Source: a virus. From it: 64,000 nt of DNA. This document shows positions 1-10,100 of this stretch, piece after piece (the stretch's first letter is position 1; the number at the start of each line of letters is the position of its first letter). A program made the translations under genes and the position numbers. The stretch lies in the IMG/VR virus record IMGVR_UViG_3300037520_000900, positions 1 to 64,000 of that record; one strand, given 5' to 3'. Under the pieces are notes generated by a model. It was given only the letters and a program-made list of their open reading frames with translations. It ran no database searches and was not told the origin of the DNA.

Positions 1-964
1 ATGGTCTTAATGCGATCTCGCAACATGGATTAGTTCCCCAATCTTTATCGTTAGATAAGTAGATTCCAGGTTCACCTGCCCCTGATAACTCAATACGTTT
101 CCAAAGACCCATAAAGAATTCTTTTGTTATTTTGTGACGAAGAAGTACTGCCGAGTTATTTGCTCTACCTCTTTGTGCATTTTGTTCCCACCAACTTCCT
201 GACTTACAAGATATCATTTCTTCATCATCCGCCGAGAATAATGAGATAAGCGCCGCTCTTCTGATACCACCGGCCAATACCGCATCAGCAATATGACAAA
301 CAATGTCGTGAGTTTCAATTGGTGATAATCTTTCCCCATCTTTTTTGTTATCCAACACTTTTGTTATGTGGTGGATACAATCTTTTAGTGGTTGAGGTCC
401 CGGAGCCTTCCCACCTGATGTTACAAGGTTCGCCCCTTTTTGTCTAATATCTGAAAAATCAAATACAGGTGTTGACGATTTGTAACCTAAATACGATTCC
501 ATCAATACTTTAATGGCGTCTGCCCATCCTTCAATAGAGTCACCAATTAAGTAACGTCTTGTTCTTTCAGGGTTTGGTTTTTTTATTTCTGGTAGTTTTT
601 CAACATGGTGTTTTTGAACTGAGTATCCAACTCCTGTTCCACCTAAAAGTAAAAACATGGTTTCAGAAAATGCGTCCACATGGTCAATTGGCATATATGC
701 ACAATTATAAACTCTGTTTGGTGAAATCTCAATTGGCTTTCCCCCGAATTGTAATGATCTCATAGATGGTAATACTTTCTTGTCGTATACCATTTTATAT
801 ACCTCCTCTATCTCATCTTTGATGTGGGGGTACTTACGTTGGTGCATCTCTTTGTTACGTGTTACCAACTCTTCCCAAGTCTCTCTCCTGTTTAATTCAG
901 GTTGAAACTTAGCGTATTTCATAAAGACAGTAATGTCACTTAATATTTTTTGCGAAATATCCAT
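1..964 (-). CDS. nrdJ: Class II (adenosylcobalamin-dependent) ribonucleoside-triphosphate reductase, 3'-truncated by the window edge
   Basis: Not in the ORF track. Manual translation from ATG at 964: MDISQKILSDITVFMKYAK...RETWEE...VLPSMRSLQFGG...NCAY...GGTGVGYSV...SGGKAPGP...VLAGGIRRAALI...RANNS...GEPG...GTNPCCEI (catalytic NPCxE). The frame stays open to the window edge. Confidence 0.92.
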   Translation of the reverse strand, partial: MDISQKILSDITVFMKYAKFQPELNRRETWEELVTRNKEMHQRKYPHIKDEIEEVYKMVYDKKVLPSMRSLQFGGKPIEISPNRVYNCAYMPIDHVDAFSETMFLLLGGTGVGYSVQKHHVEKLPEIKKPNPERTRRYLIGDSIEGWADAIKVLMESYLGYKSSTPVFDFSDIRQKGANLVTSGGKAPGPQPLKDCIHHITKVLDNKKDGERLSPIETHDIVCHIADAVLAGGIRRAALISLFSADDEEMISCKSGSWWEQNAQRGRANNSAVLLRHKITKEFFMGLWKRIELSGAGEPGIYLSNDKDWGTNPCCEIALRP

Positions 965-988
965 TTTTTACAAATTTAATAATTTATT

Positions 989-2371
989 TTAAGATTCTTG
1001 TTGTTCTTTTTGTTTTTTTCTTTCTAACAGTTCCTTAATTCTGTTCCTATTCTTTTCTTCTTTTTGTTCCTCGTGGCCAAGGAATGTTACACTTTGTTCT
1101 GTATCTATCTCTAACATACCATTGTCAAACTTACAGTTCTCAAATATAATCCCATCTTTACCGATCCTTGATTTTGTGATTGCGATTGTTGCCAAGTTCA
1201 TTTCTTTTTGTTGTAATGATTTTGCGACCGTGATAATAACGTGTCCAACTTGAGCCTTTTTAATAGAACCACCCATTTGATCTGTTGTTACAACCTCTGA
1301 TGATATTGAATTTCTGTTACCTTGTGTTGCCGTCCATCCTGCAATATCCAACTCGTGACACATTGCTTCAAATCCTCGCATTACCGATCCTTCACTCTTC
1401 CATTCATCACCTAACATCTTGTCTGGTACTACACAATCAATATAATCTAAAATAATCATATCAACCTTAATCCCTTCGGCAATCATTTTTCTAACCTGAT
1501 TTTTAATCTGATTCATAGTTACGGTATCAGATGCCAATTTTTTCATAATCAACTTATTTTTTCTTGTTGACTGAATTTCTTTGACTCTTTCAGTAACTTC
1601 TTTTCTATTTTCAGAAAGATCGTCGGGGTGTATTCCGGTCCAAAGTGTAAAGTGTTTTCTTTGGATAATTTTTGGGTTGTCCTCAAAGAATATTTGAAGG
1701 ACATTATACCCTAAGTTAAATGCGTGGTTAGCAATCTTTGTTGTAAACGTGGATTTACCAACACCGGTTGGTGCCAAAATAACACCAATTTCACCTTTAG
1801 CAAGACCACCTTTTAATAGGTTGTCAATGCCAGGTACTCCAATCGGAATTGGGTGTCTGTAGTCGTCATCCAATACCTCATCAATATTAAAAAAGACATC
1901 TGTCGTACCCTTATCTACCTCCCCAACTTGAAGTGCTCCCCTTACCATTTCTTCTAACTTATCATAACTCTCGAAATCACCTTTATCGATGATTGATTGA
2001 GCCTTGGTCATTACTTTTTGGAGTTCTTGTTGTTTACAGAATTTAAGGGACTTTTCTTGAACAAAGATTGAACCTTCGTCTGAGACGTTCTTAACCTGAT
2101 CTAATGTGTCTAAAACGCTCTTTTGAGCCATCGGTGAACTAATTTCTGACTTAGTCAATTGTTCAAGGGTATCAAATGTCGGTGTATGCTCATATTTTGA
2201 ATAATATTCTTTGATCATTTGACAAATAATCTTGAAATATTGGTTATCAAAATAATGAGGATCAATAACTTCAATTATGGAATTAGAGAAATCTTTGTAA
2301 GTAATTATGTTATTTAGTAATTGAATTTGAAAAGTATTTCCTAAGTATCCGAAGTTCTTTTTGTCTGACAT
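989..2371 (-). CDS. Replicative DNA helicase (DnaB/T4 gp41 family)
   Basis: Walker A GEIGVILAPTGVGKST, IILDYID, TATQGNR, KSRIG motifs. Confidence 0.9.
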   Translation of the reverse strand: MSDKKNFGYLGNTFQIQLLNNIITYKDFSNSIIEVIDPHYFDNQYFKIICQMIKEYYSKYEHTPTFDTLEQLTKSEISSPMAQKSVLDTLDQVKNVSDEGSIFVQEKSLKFCKQQELQKVMTKAQSIIDKGDFESYDKLEEMVRGALQVGEVDKGTTDVFFNIDEVLDDDYRHPIPIGVPGIDNLLKGGLAKGEIGVILAPTGVGKSTFTTKIANHAFNLGYNVLQIFFEDNPKIIQRKHFTLWTGIHPDDLSENRKEVTERVKEIQSTRKNKLIMKKLASDTVTMNQIKNQVRKMIAEGIKVDMIILDYIDCVVPDKMLGDEWKSEGSVMRGFEAMCHELDIAGWTATQGNRNSISSEVVTTDQMGGSIKKAQVGHVIITVAKSLQQKEMNLATIAITKSRIGKDGIIFENCKFDNGMLEIDTEQSVTFLGHEEQKEEKNRNRIKELLERKKQKEQQES

Positions 2372-2409
2372 ATTGTATAGATTTTTGTTCCTTGTTTTAA
2401 TAAATATAG

Positions 2410-2862
2410 TTAAGCGAACGAATAATTAAGGTACTGATAAGATAAATTTTTCTCTGATAAAATGTCAGTCAACTCTCTTAAAATGTTTTTTATGTCTGGT
2501 CGTATGTCCAGCGTGTATCTTACCTTTGGCGGGTATAGTTTCGCGTCAATAATTCTATGACAAATTGTCTTGTTCCCGACCTTTAAGATTATGTTAAATA
2601 TCTCAGGTCCATCTGTGTTTGATGTTTCTAAAATGTTTGGGTCTTCTTCGATTTGGTATCTATTGTCTAACATATATACCATACACTTGTTTCTCAATTT
2701 TGTTTGAAGTGACTCAGATAGATACTTAATGTACTCATATAATTCAACTGAATTTTCAGCCTTTTCATGATAACCTTTTACATTAAAGAATCTTTGTACT
2801 ACAAAATTGTTGTTAAGTGTAATTAGGAACTCAACCTTTGTTACATCATTCTGCTCTTTCAT
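2410..2862 (-). CDS. Hypothetical protein in the replication operon
   Basis: 150-aa ORF tightly packed between exonuclease and helicase. Confidence 0.7.
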   Translation of the reverse strand: MKEQNDVTKVEFLITLNNNFVVQRFFNVKGYHEKAENSVELYEYIKYLSESLQTKLRNKCMVYMLDNRYQIEEDPNILETSNTDGPEIFNIILKVGNKTICHRIIDAKLYPPKVRYTLDIRPDIKNILRELTDILSEKNLSYQYLNYSFA

Positions 2863-2866
2863 AATT

Positions 2867-3874
2867 TTACTTTTTTGTTTTAAACTTTGTTTTTTCTTTT
2901 CTTGTTAACTTTAAAAATGGTTTTAAAAAATATACCCACTGATCGTCACCTTTCGGTAGGTATTTAAATAATCCGTCGTCCATCATCATCCGAATTAGAT
3001 TCTTATAACCTCTTCCATCAGGATCCAATGACTCAGAGTAATAAGAGTGTACTAATTCTTTTCCTTCTTCACTAATAAGTGGTTCCGATAAATCTACAAT
3101 CTTTTTATTGATTTCAAAAAACTCGTCACCAAAAATACCTTCTTTTGTTTTACCCGTCAGTAAATTTTTAAGTGCGGTATTATCTTTTTGTTCTTTAAAG
3201 AGTTCTTCACCTCTTGTTAAAATATCGGTAAAAGATACTTCTTTTTCAAGTAGCTCAGGAAATAATTTAACAATAGTCTTCTCACCTAAGTAATAGATTC
3301 CATCTATATTATCTGATTTGTCACCAGATATTATCTTGAATGTTTTTACGTTATAGTGTGGGATTTCTATTTCGTGTAGTTTAATCTTATCTCCGTTCTT
3401 ATAATACTTTTTGGTATTAGGTGAATAGATTGTAACATCTTCAGAGATAAGTTGTGTGAGGTCTCTATCTCCACTGAAAATTGTTTTATCTTCGTCTTTT
3501 GAAATTTTGCAATAGTATGCGATGAGGTCATCGGCTTCAGAGTTTTCAAATTCAACTTGTCTAACAAACATTTCTTCCAAGTATTCTTTTACTCTTTGTT
3601 TTTGTTTGTTAAATGATTGTTCTTTAAAATCTTCTGTAACCCCTTTTCGGTTAAGTTTGTATTTTGGGTAGATTAACCTTCTTTGCGAAGTACTTGTTTC
3701 TCCGTCCCAAAATACAACAACCTTGTTGAAGTTTTCGTCTTCTATGAACCTACGTAATGTGTTAAGGAAATGCCAAATACCTCCTACGTGTTCCGTACCG
3801 TTAAAGTAATCTTTAACTCCGTGAAATCCAATTTTTAATAAATTATTCCCGTCTACTAATAGGGTTTTTGTCAT
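2867..3874 (-). CDS. 5'-3' exonuclease / flap endonuclease (T4 RNase H, PolI 5' domain family)
   Basis: LLVDGNNL, YKLNR, EADDLIA, SGDRDLTQL, GDKSDNIDG motifs. Confidence 0.92.
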   Translation of the reverse strand: MTKTLLVDGNNLLKIGFHGVKDYFNGTEHVGGIWHFLNTLRRFIEDENFNKVVVFWDGETSTSQRRLIYPKYKLNRKGVTEDFKEQSFNKQKQRVKEYLEEMFVRQVEFENSEADDLIAYYCKISKDEDKTIFSGDRDLTQLISEDVTIYSPNTKKYYKNGDKIKLHEIEIPHYNVKTFKIISGDKSDNIDGIYYLGEKTIVKLFPELLEKEVSFTDILTRGEELFKEQKDNTALKNLLTGKTKEGIFGDEFFEINKKIVDLSEPLISEEGKELVHSYYSESLDPDGRGYKNLIRMMMDDGLFKYLPKGDDQWVYFLKPFLKLTRKEKTKFKTKK

Positions 3875-3894
3875 TTCTGTAAATTACAGGGTTC

Positions 3895-4902
3895 TTACTC
3901 TACTTCTTCTTTTTCTGCTTTCAAATCAAAGTCACCATCAACACCGATGATTTCTTTCCAATACTCAGCATATTCTTTTTTGTATTGTTCAATAGATGCC
4001 TTTTCTTCAGACGCTTCTTTACCTGGTAAAAATCCGTGTGGTGTTACAATAATTTTACCGTCTTCAAACCCAAGTCCATTGATGTGGTTTTTCATTACGG
4101 ACACTTTTGTTCTTGATGCGAACTTTACTGTACGTTTGTCTTTAGTTGCGGTAATCTTTGTTGTTCCTGCCCCTTTTTGATTTCCAAATAAAAAAACTAA
4201 AGATGAATTTAACCAAATCGCTTCACCACCTTTTGCCTTAATTTTTGGTTGACCAAATGGGTTGTCAGGTAATTCAACCCAAGGCTGATTAACAATAATC
4301 AAAGTGTTTTCATATTTAGAATCCGATTTACGAGATCCTGAAATACGTTGATTGATTCCCATTCCAATTTTGTCGGCTAAAACACTTGCATTGTGTTGTT
4401 TACCTCCTTTACCTTCATAAGTCATCTTACAAGGAACTGAACCAACTGAATCCCACATTATACATAATGAATAGTCTAAATCACCTTTTTCTTGTGCATC
4501 TAACAAATCATTAATGTAATCTGTAATTTGTTCAATGTAATCAAAGTTATTATTAAAGATATAAAAACCATCCCACTCTAATTCACCTGTCTCTGTGTCA
4601 ACAACTTCATCACATTCAAACCCCATAAGTTTTGCGTGTTCAAAGGACCATTTTTGTTCAGTAATAATGAACACAGGAAGTACTCCTTTTTTTTGTGCAT
4701 CAACCGCAGTTTTTACTAAGGCGGTTGTCTTACCCGTATCACTATGCCCTAAAAACATATTAATGTGTCCCATCGCAGGTCCCGGTAATCCAACAGCATC
4801 TAAGAAAGGTTCACCTAAATCAAAAAACCTTTGTGGTTTATATTTTGCTGATGTAGAAAACTTTTTCTTTAATGAACTAAAATCATTCTTTTTAATTGCC
4901 AT
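3895..4902 (-). CDS. RecA/UvsX-like recombinase
   Basis: Walker A GHSDTGKTT, IMWDSVGS, IVNQ, KGGEAI, KNH motifs. Confidence 0.88.
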   Translation of the reverse strand: MAIKKNDFSSLKKKFSTSAKYKPQRFFDLGEPFLDAVGLPGPAMGHINMFLGHSDTGKTTALVKTAVDAQKKGVLPVFIITEQKWSFEHAKLMGFECDEVVDTETGELEWDGFYIFNNNFDYIEQITDYINDLLDAQEKGDLDYSLCIMWDSVGSVPCKMTYEGKGGKQHNASVLADKIGMGINQRISGSRKSDSKYENTLIIVNQPWVELPDNPFGQPKIKAKGGEAIWLNSSLVFLFGNQKGAGTTKITATKDKRTVKFASRTKVSVMKNHINGLGFEDGKIIVTPHGFLPGKEASEEKASIEQYKKEYAEYWKEIIGVDGDFDLKAEKEEVE

Positions 4903-5185
4903 TTTCTTCTTTTTGTTCGTTTAATATTTTTAACATGTCTTCGGTCACTTCAAACTTATCATCCCTTTTTACGTTGTATTTATAAACGGTTTCCAACATT
5001 TCAAGTTTACCTTTTGCGTTTGCCATCTTATCAACAGACTTATCCATTTCCTCTAAATGTTGTGGGTGTTCTCCAATCCCAACGGGGTTATTAAAATAAA
5101 CTAATAGTGTCGCTTCGGCTTCAGCCATTTCTGACCTATATTTCAAGGTCAGGGCTTCATACATTTTTTCTGATATCTTATTCAT
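4892..5185 (-). CDS. Small conserved phage hypothetical protein (NPVGIGEHP motif)
   Basis: 97-aa ORF in operon; the VGIGEHP motif is one I recall from T4-like phage hypotheticals. Confidence 0.7.
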   Translation of the reverse strand: MNKISEKMYEALTLKYRSEMAEAEATLLVYFNNPVGIGEHPQHLEEMDKSVDKMANAKGKLEMLETVYKYNVKRDDKFEVTEDMLKILNEQKEENGN

Positions 5186-5195
5186 TACTTAAATA

Positions 5196-6047
5196 TTAAA
5201 ATGGTAATTCTTCTGATGGTTCATCATCCGCTTGTGGATCAACAATTGGTGTTTCTTCTTTTTGTGCGCCACCTAAAGAAATCTCAGCCTCATCTCCATA
5301 TACGTATTTTTTAAGTTCTGAACTCCACATTGGTGTTTCTCCTACGGCTACAGCCTCTAAATACTCAACAGGTTTTTTAGAATAAACATCTTTCCAAGTT
5401 AATTCATCTTGTAACCAACCTTCCATGATTTCTTTATCTGTGTGTACAGGTGCCGGGTCATCGTACATAATTGTTTGAACAACCGTATATTCTTTTCCTT
5501 GTGGTGTCTTAGCCTTTGTTAATTCAATAATAAGGTCTCTACCTTTTTCTGAATCAGTAACATCTCCTTTTGCTTTCCAAATAGGAAGGATTTTATCTAA
5601 CACACCTTCTTGTTTGTAGTTGTGTTTAAATCTCCAAAATTTAACACCATCTTGTTCATTATCTCTATCAACAACTTTAACAATGTAAAATAAACGTGAA
5701 CGGTACTGTGACGCCAATTCTTTATCTTCTTTTTTACCTGTAGAAATTAATTCGTTATAAACTTCAGTAAGTGGCGATCTTTCGTTGTCATTTTTTTCAG
5801 GGTCATACAACTTAACCCACTGTCCGTTTACTTGAATCTCGTGATACCAAACTTCAACAAATGGTGATGAACCATCTTTTGTAGGTAACACTCTGATTCT
5901 TTTTTGTGCGGATTTTTCATTTTTTTGAAGAATTGCTGAAAAATATCTTTTCATTCTGTCTTCTTGTGAGATGTTTTGTCTCGGTGAACTACTTGGTGTT
6001 GAGTTCTTTTCGTACTGTGCAAGTACTGCGTCAATTGAATTTGCCAT
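5196..6047 (-). CDS. Single-stranded DNA-binding protein (gp32-like)
   Basis: RIRVLP..PFVEVWYH, GRDLIIE, acidic tail ending EELPF; adjacent to recombinase and helicase. Confidence 0.8.
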   Translation of the reverse strand: MANSIDAVLAQYEKNSTPSSSPRQNISQEDRMKRYFSAILQKNEKSAQKRIRVLPTKDGSSPFVEVWYHEIQVNGQWVKLYDPEKNDNERSPLTEVYNELISTGKKEDKELASQYRSRLFYIVKVVDRDNEQDGVKFWRFKHNYKQEGVLDKILPIWKAKGDVTDSEKGRDLIIELTKAKTPQGKEYTVVQTIMYDDPAPVHTDKEIMEGWLQDELTWKDVYSKKPVEYLEAVAVGETPMWSSELKKYVYGDEAEISLGGAQKEETPIVDPQADDEPSEELPF

Positions 6048-6087
6048 AGATTTTTGTTTTTAATTTTTAACTCTTTTATCTATAACA

Positions 6088-6115
6088 ATTATAAGTGAAT
6101 TTGGTAGAATGTCAA
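6088..6115 (-). promoter_or_regulatory. Sigma70-type promoter TTGACA-16-TATAAT for the SSB-to-RNR operon
   Basis: Minus strand reads TTGACA TTCTACCAAATTCACT TATAAT, about 40 nt upstream of the SSB ATG. Confidence 0.8.
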
Positions 6116-6142
6116 ATAAAAAAGGGACTTTGTCAGTCCCTT
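6114..6142 (-). terminator. Intrinsic terminator ending the tail/baseplate transcript
   Basis: Stem AAGGGACT/AGTCCCTT, 5-nt loop, U-tract on minus strand. Confidence 0.75.
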
Positions 6143-6147
6143 AGTTA

Positions 6148-6852
6148 TTATAAATCAAATTCGTTTTCGTCTTCGTCTTCTTCGTACTTACTGAATGTTT
6201 TTTTAACTTCATTAGGTGAAAAATTTTCAACTTCGTCAGATGTTAAAACATATTCATTTTTTCCTGATTTTTCCATATCCATTTTTTTATCATCAAAAAA
6301 ATCAGTAAGTTTTTGATTATATGGGTATGAGTCTAGAGATCTTAGTTCTAATTTTTCTTCAGGAGTTTTATCTCTATATTTGTCAAATTTAATCTCCAAT
6401 GAGTTTATTTTATTCATAATTTGATCCATATTTTCAAGTTTTGATTGTAAATCATCAAGTTTTGAAAATAGGTTGTCCATTATTTCATCCTGTTTATCTT
6501 TAATGTCGTTTTGAGCATTTACTAAATCTGTTATATCAATTTCTTCAGTTTCTTCATCACCTTCTTTATCTTTTTCTTCATCACCAACCTCTTCAACATC
6601 AGGGTCTTTTTCAACATCTATAGGTTCAGGTACTTCAGCACCTGCCGCTGGTGGTGCTCCTGCCGCTGGTGGTGCACCTGCCGCCGCTGGGTCTGCCGGT
6701 GGTGCCGCTGGGTCTGCCGGTGGTGCCGCTGGATCTGCCGGTGGTGCCGCTGGATCTGCCGGTGGTGCCGCTGGGTCTTGTTCGTTTAGAATATATTTGT
6801 TGATTTGATTAAACCTTCTAAGTTCTTCTAATATCTTTCTTTCAACTTCCAT
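6148..6852 (-). CDS. Acidic/coiled-coil protein with Pro-Ala repeat; possible head-internal or scaffold-like protein
   Basis: Leader ending YILNEQ, (PAAPPAD)n linker, acidic tract, coiled coil. Confidence 0.7.
   Translation of the reverse strand: MEVERKILEELRRFNQINKYILNEQDPAAPPADPAAPPADPAAPPADPAAPPADPAAAGAPPAAGAPPAAGAEVPEPIDVEKDPDVEEVGDEEKDKEGDEETEEIDITDLVNAQNDIKDKQDEIMDNLFSKLDDLQSKLENMDQIMNKINSLEIKFDKYRDKTPEEKLELRSLDSYPYNQKLTDFFDDKKMDMEKSGKNEYVLTSDEVENFSPNEVKKTFSKYEEDEDENEFDL
6638..6778. repeat. GC-rich coding tandem repeat: about 4.6 x 21 bp (PAAPPAD) plus 18-bp units (AAGAPP)
   Basis: gccgctgg(g/a)tctgccggtggt at 6683, 6704, 6725, 6746, partial at 6767. Confidence 0.95.
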
Positions 6853-6863
6853 TATTTTTTATT

Positions 6864-7088
6864 TTATCCGTTTAATAATGTCTTAACCCCTGTTGGTGTT
6901 TCGACTCTTAAAGTTTTATTCTTATTAACTGTGTTGTCAAATCTTTCAATCAACCCATCTTTCATTCTAATTGTATAACAATCACCAGTATCTAAATCGC
7001 AAACTTGTTTGTGATCTGAATCAATTTGTTTTTCTGTGATTCTTGTGTCTTTTCTCAAGTAATCATCTAATATTTTTTTTACACTCAT
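6864..7088 (-). CDS. Hypothetical protein (74 aa)
   Basis: ORF with its own TATTTATA motif upstream; VCDLDTGDC. Confidence 0.7.
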   Translation of the reverse strand: MSVKKILDDYLRKDTRITEKQIDSDHKQVCDLDTGDCYTIRMKDGLIERFDNTVNKNKTLRVETPTGVKTLLNG

Positions 7089-7103
7089 GGTTTTTATTTT
7101 ATA

Positions 7104-7111
7104 TATAAATA
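7104..7111 (-). promoter_or_regulatory. Putative late-promoter motif TATTTATA
   Basis: Recurs on the coding strand upstream of many start codons in this window. Confidence 0.6.
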
Positions 7112-7130
7112 TTGCAATTTTTTTATTTTT

Positions 7131-10100
7131 CTATAATTTAGAATAAATCTCATAACTAATCCTCACATATTCATCATATTTGGTAAAAGTTCCGGCAGTT
7201 TTATCTGCAAGTGTTATATCTTTAATTTGTTGTGTTGTTAGTTTTTGCCCATTTTCTCCACCATTAAATGCTTTGTTAGTATCAAAAGTGGTATATATAA
7301 TTTGGGTGATTGATTCTGCATAACTTTTTTTCTCGTCAACATTAACATTTAACCTAATAAGCTCATTAACCATTACATCAACAAACGATGAAAAGTATGA
7401 AAAAATAAAATCAGTACTTAAAGTATAGTTTTGAAAGTCTACGGTTGGTAAAGTTTCACCATTATATTTTGCACATATTTGTCCGAGTATTTTGCTTCGT
7501 AAAGATCCGTCCCAACTTTTATTACTATAGATACCATAAACATTAGAGTTGTTTGACTGAATAACTTGTCCTTGGTTAGTGTTAGTTGCTCTTGTTGATG
7601 CTATCGTCATTAAAGTTGTTATTAAAATTTTAGAAGTTGTTTTTTCTTTAATAATATTAAGTAATTCATTTACGCTAATCTGTGTCGGTTTTATATTTAC
7701 AAATTCAACATTAGGGTATTCTGTTTTTCCGCTACATTCAATTTCCGATGATTGCACGGCCGGTGTTGGATCAATTTCTAAATTTCTTTCTTTTTCTATT
7801 TCTTCTTTTGTTTGAGTTTGTGGTGCGTTTTTTTGTTGTGTTTTTTTAAAATTTTTCAATACATTTTTATTAACGGACGCAACTAAATTATCTATTTTAG
7901 GTAAAGAGTACCTTTGCATTCTTATCCCTTTAAATTTAGTTGAGAAATCTGTTTCGCTCACACTATGACTAACCTCCATAATCCAATAAGGACCATAAAA
8001 TAAAGGTACGTGTCTTAATGCGAAATACATTGTCGGTTGTATCATTACATTACCTAATGAACTTACCCCACATGTGTAGGATCTTGTTTTATATATACTA
8101 TACATTGATACCGATTGTTGAGCAACCTTATCTCCCGATACTGAATTACCTAGCTCCGCATAAGTTTTAAATGTTTCAGAAGTATTTTTTTTCTCTGACA
8201 TATCTAAATCTAAATCTTTAAATATATTTTGATTTTGGATACCAAAATCAACCGCAAAACCAACAACCTTATTACTTTTTTCTATGTCTAATTTTGGGTC
8301 TGAAACTCTTAGTGGGTTATCAGGAATCCTTAAATCAAAACTATCATCACCAAATCTTATAAATGAATTTTCTTTTGGTTTTGGCCATTCAGAAGGGTTC
8401 CCAATATAAAGGCATAAAAATTTTGGGCTAGATTCTAAATAGTCAACGTTCAAATGTGTCCCAAATAAATCATTACCAATAGTTATGTCTTGTTTAGGTA
8501 CATTCTCTCCAATTTGTTTTTGGATTCCGTAAAAGTTAATGTATGCAGGCATTGCAAAAAATTGAAAATAATTATCACTTAGAATCCAATTTACAATTTG
8601 CATCATGTTTTGTTTTGGATTTGTTTCTATTCTTTCTTTGACTTGTTGTACATCAACAATAAAAGAATCCCCAATATCACTATTAGCCCTATCTAAAAAT
8701 AAAAAGTCTTCAAATAATGTCTTTGTTTTTAAATCCGATCCCGAAACCCATTTATCGTTAAACGCCTTTAATAAATTATACGTTGTTAGTTTTGTCACAT
8801 CACCAGACACTGTCGATTTATCTATTTGTTCTTGTCCTTGTAATACTACTTTTGGTGTATTTTTATTTATATATGCGAAAGTTTTATTTAATAATTTTTC
8901 TTTAAATGCTAGTTGTACATTTAATACATCATTTATTAATTGGTTAAAATCTGTTTTATTTAGTGTCGGTTTTAATTGTTTTTGTGTAGCATAAATTTTA
9001 ATTATTGTTGCTAATGTTTTAACGTTTTGCTCTGTAAACTCAATATCCATATCAATAAAAAAGTCAGTAATAAAAGACTTTTGTGTTGTCGTATTTTGGT
9101 TGGTGTTTTGATTATTTGTTTGAGTATTTGTTTGAGTATTATTTTGTGGTGTCGCGTTTGTTATTGGTTGCGGATTTGATGGTGCCGAAACTGAGTTTTG
9201 TGGTTGTGTTGTTCCATATGAATTAGATAATAAATTTAATTTGTTATTTAAGTTATTAGGTTCGTTAGGGTAATACTCAACTTCAATTTGAAAACTACCA
9301 TTATTAGATTCATTAATTTTACAAACATTTGAATTATTCGTAATTAAACTAGAACTACACGTATACACATATAAACTATTTGGGTCGTTTATATCAGAAT
9401 TAGGTTTATAAATCTTAACCCCTTTTCTTTTAACAGGTAAAAATAAAGGATCTTCAATTTTAAAAACTTTATACCCGCCTCCTGGTTTTTCAACATTTAT
9501 GTACTTATAACCTTCATCACTCGCAACCATTGGTAGTATTGTGTTAAATTCTCCAAAATATTTTAAACTAATTTGATTTAATTGATTACTTTGTTGACAA
9601 TTTAATAATTGACTAAAATAAGATAAACAATATGCGTCTTGACTTAAACCACCTAAGTTAGCATTTGAGAACCCAGTGTCTGTCACTAAATTATATAATA
9701 TAGTCGAACCACTATTTGGTACTTTTTTTGCACAAAAGTTTTTTTCAACACCTGCTTGGTCGGTTGTTTCTAAAAACAAAACGGTATTGTCTTGATAAAC
9801 ACCAAAAACACTTTGATAGTCGGGGTCAACAACATTAAAATACTCACCTGTACATAAATTTTGCATTGTTTGTCCTGAGATGATATTATTGTTTTGTATT
9901 GGTGCTTGTGTTTGTTGTGGTTGTGGTTGAACCAAACTCACAGATGGATATTGTTGTTGAACTTGCACTTGGAAATCTAAACCAGGAATTAATGAAAACC
10001 CAACATATGTTCTTAACGCATTCCAAGCATCTTTATTTTGAGCAATACTTTGAGCTAAGGTAGTTGTACTTCCATCTCCAGGTAATGAACCTTTAACGTA

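Noticed and set aside
559-765. 68-aa plus-strand ORF
   Set aside because: Antisense shadow of nrdJ, which the track missed because it runs off the window
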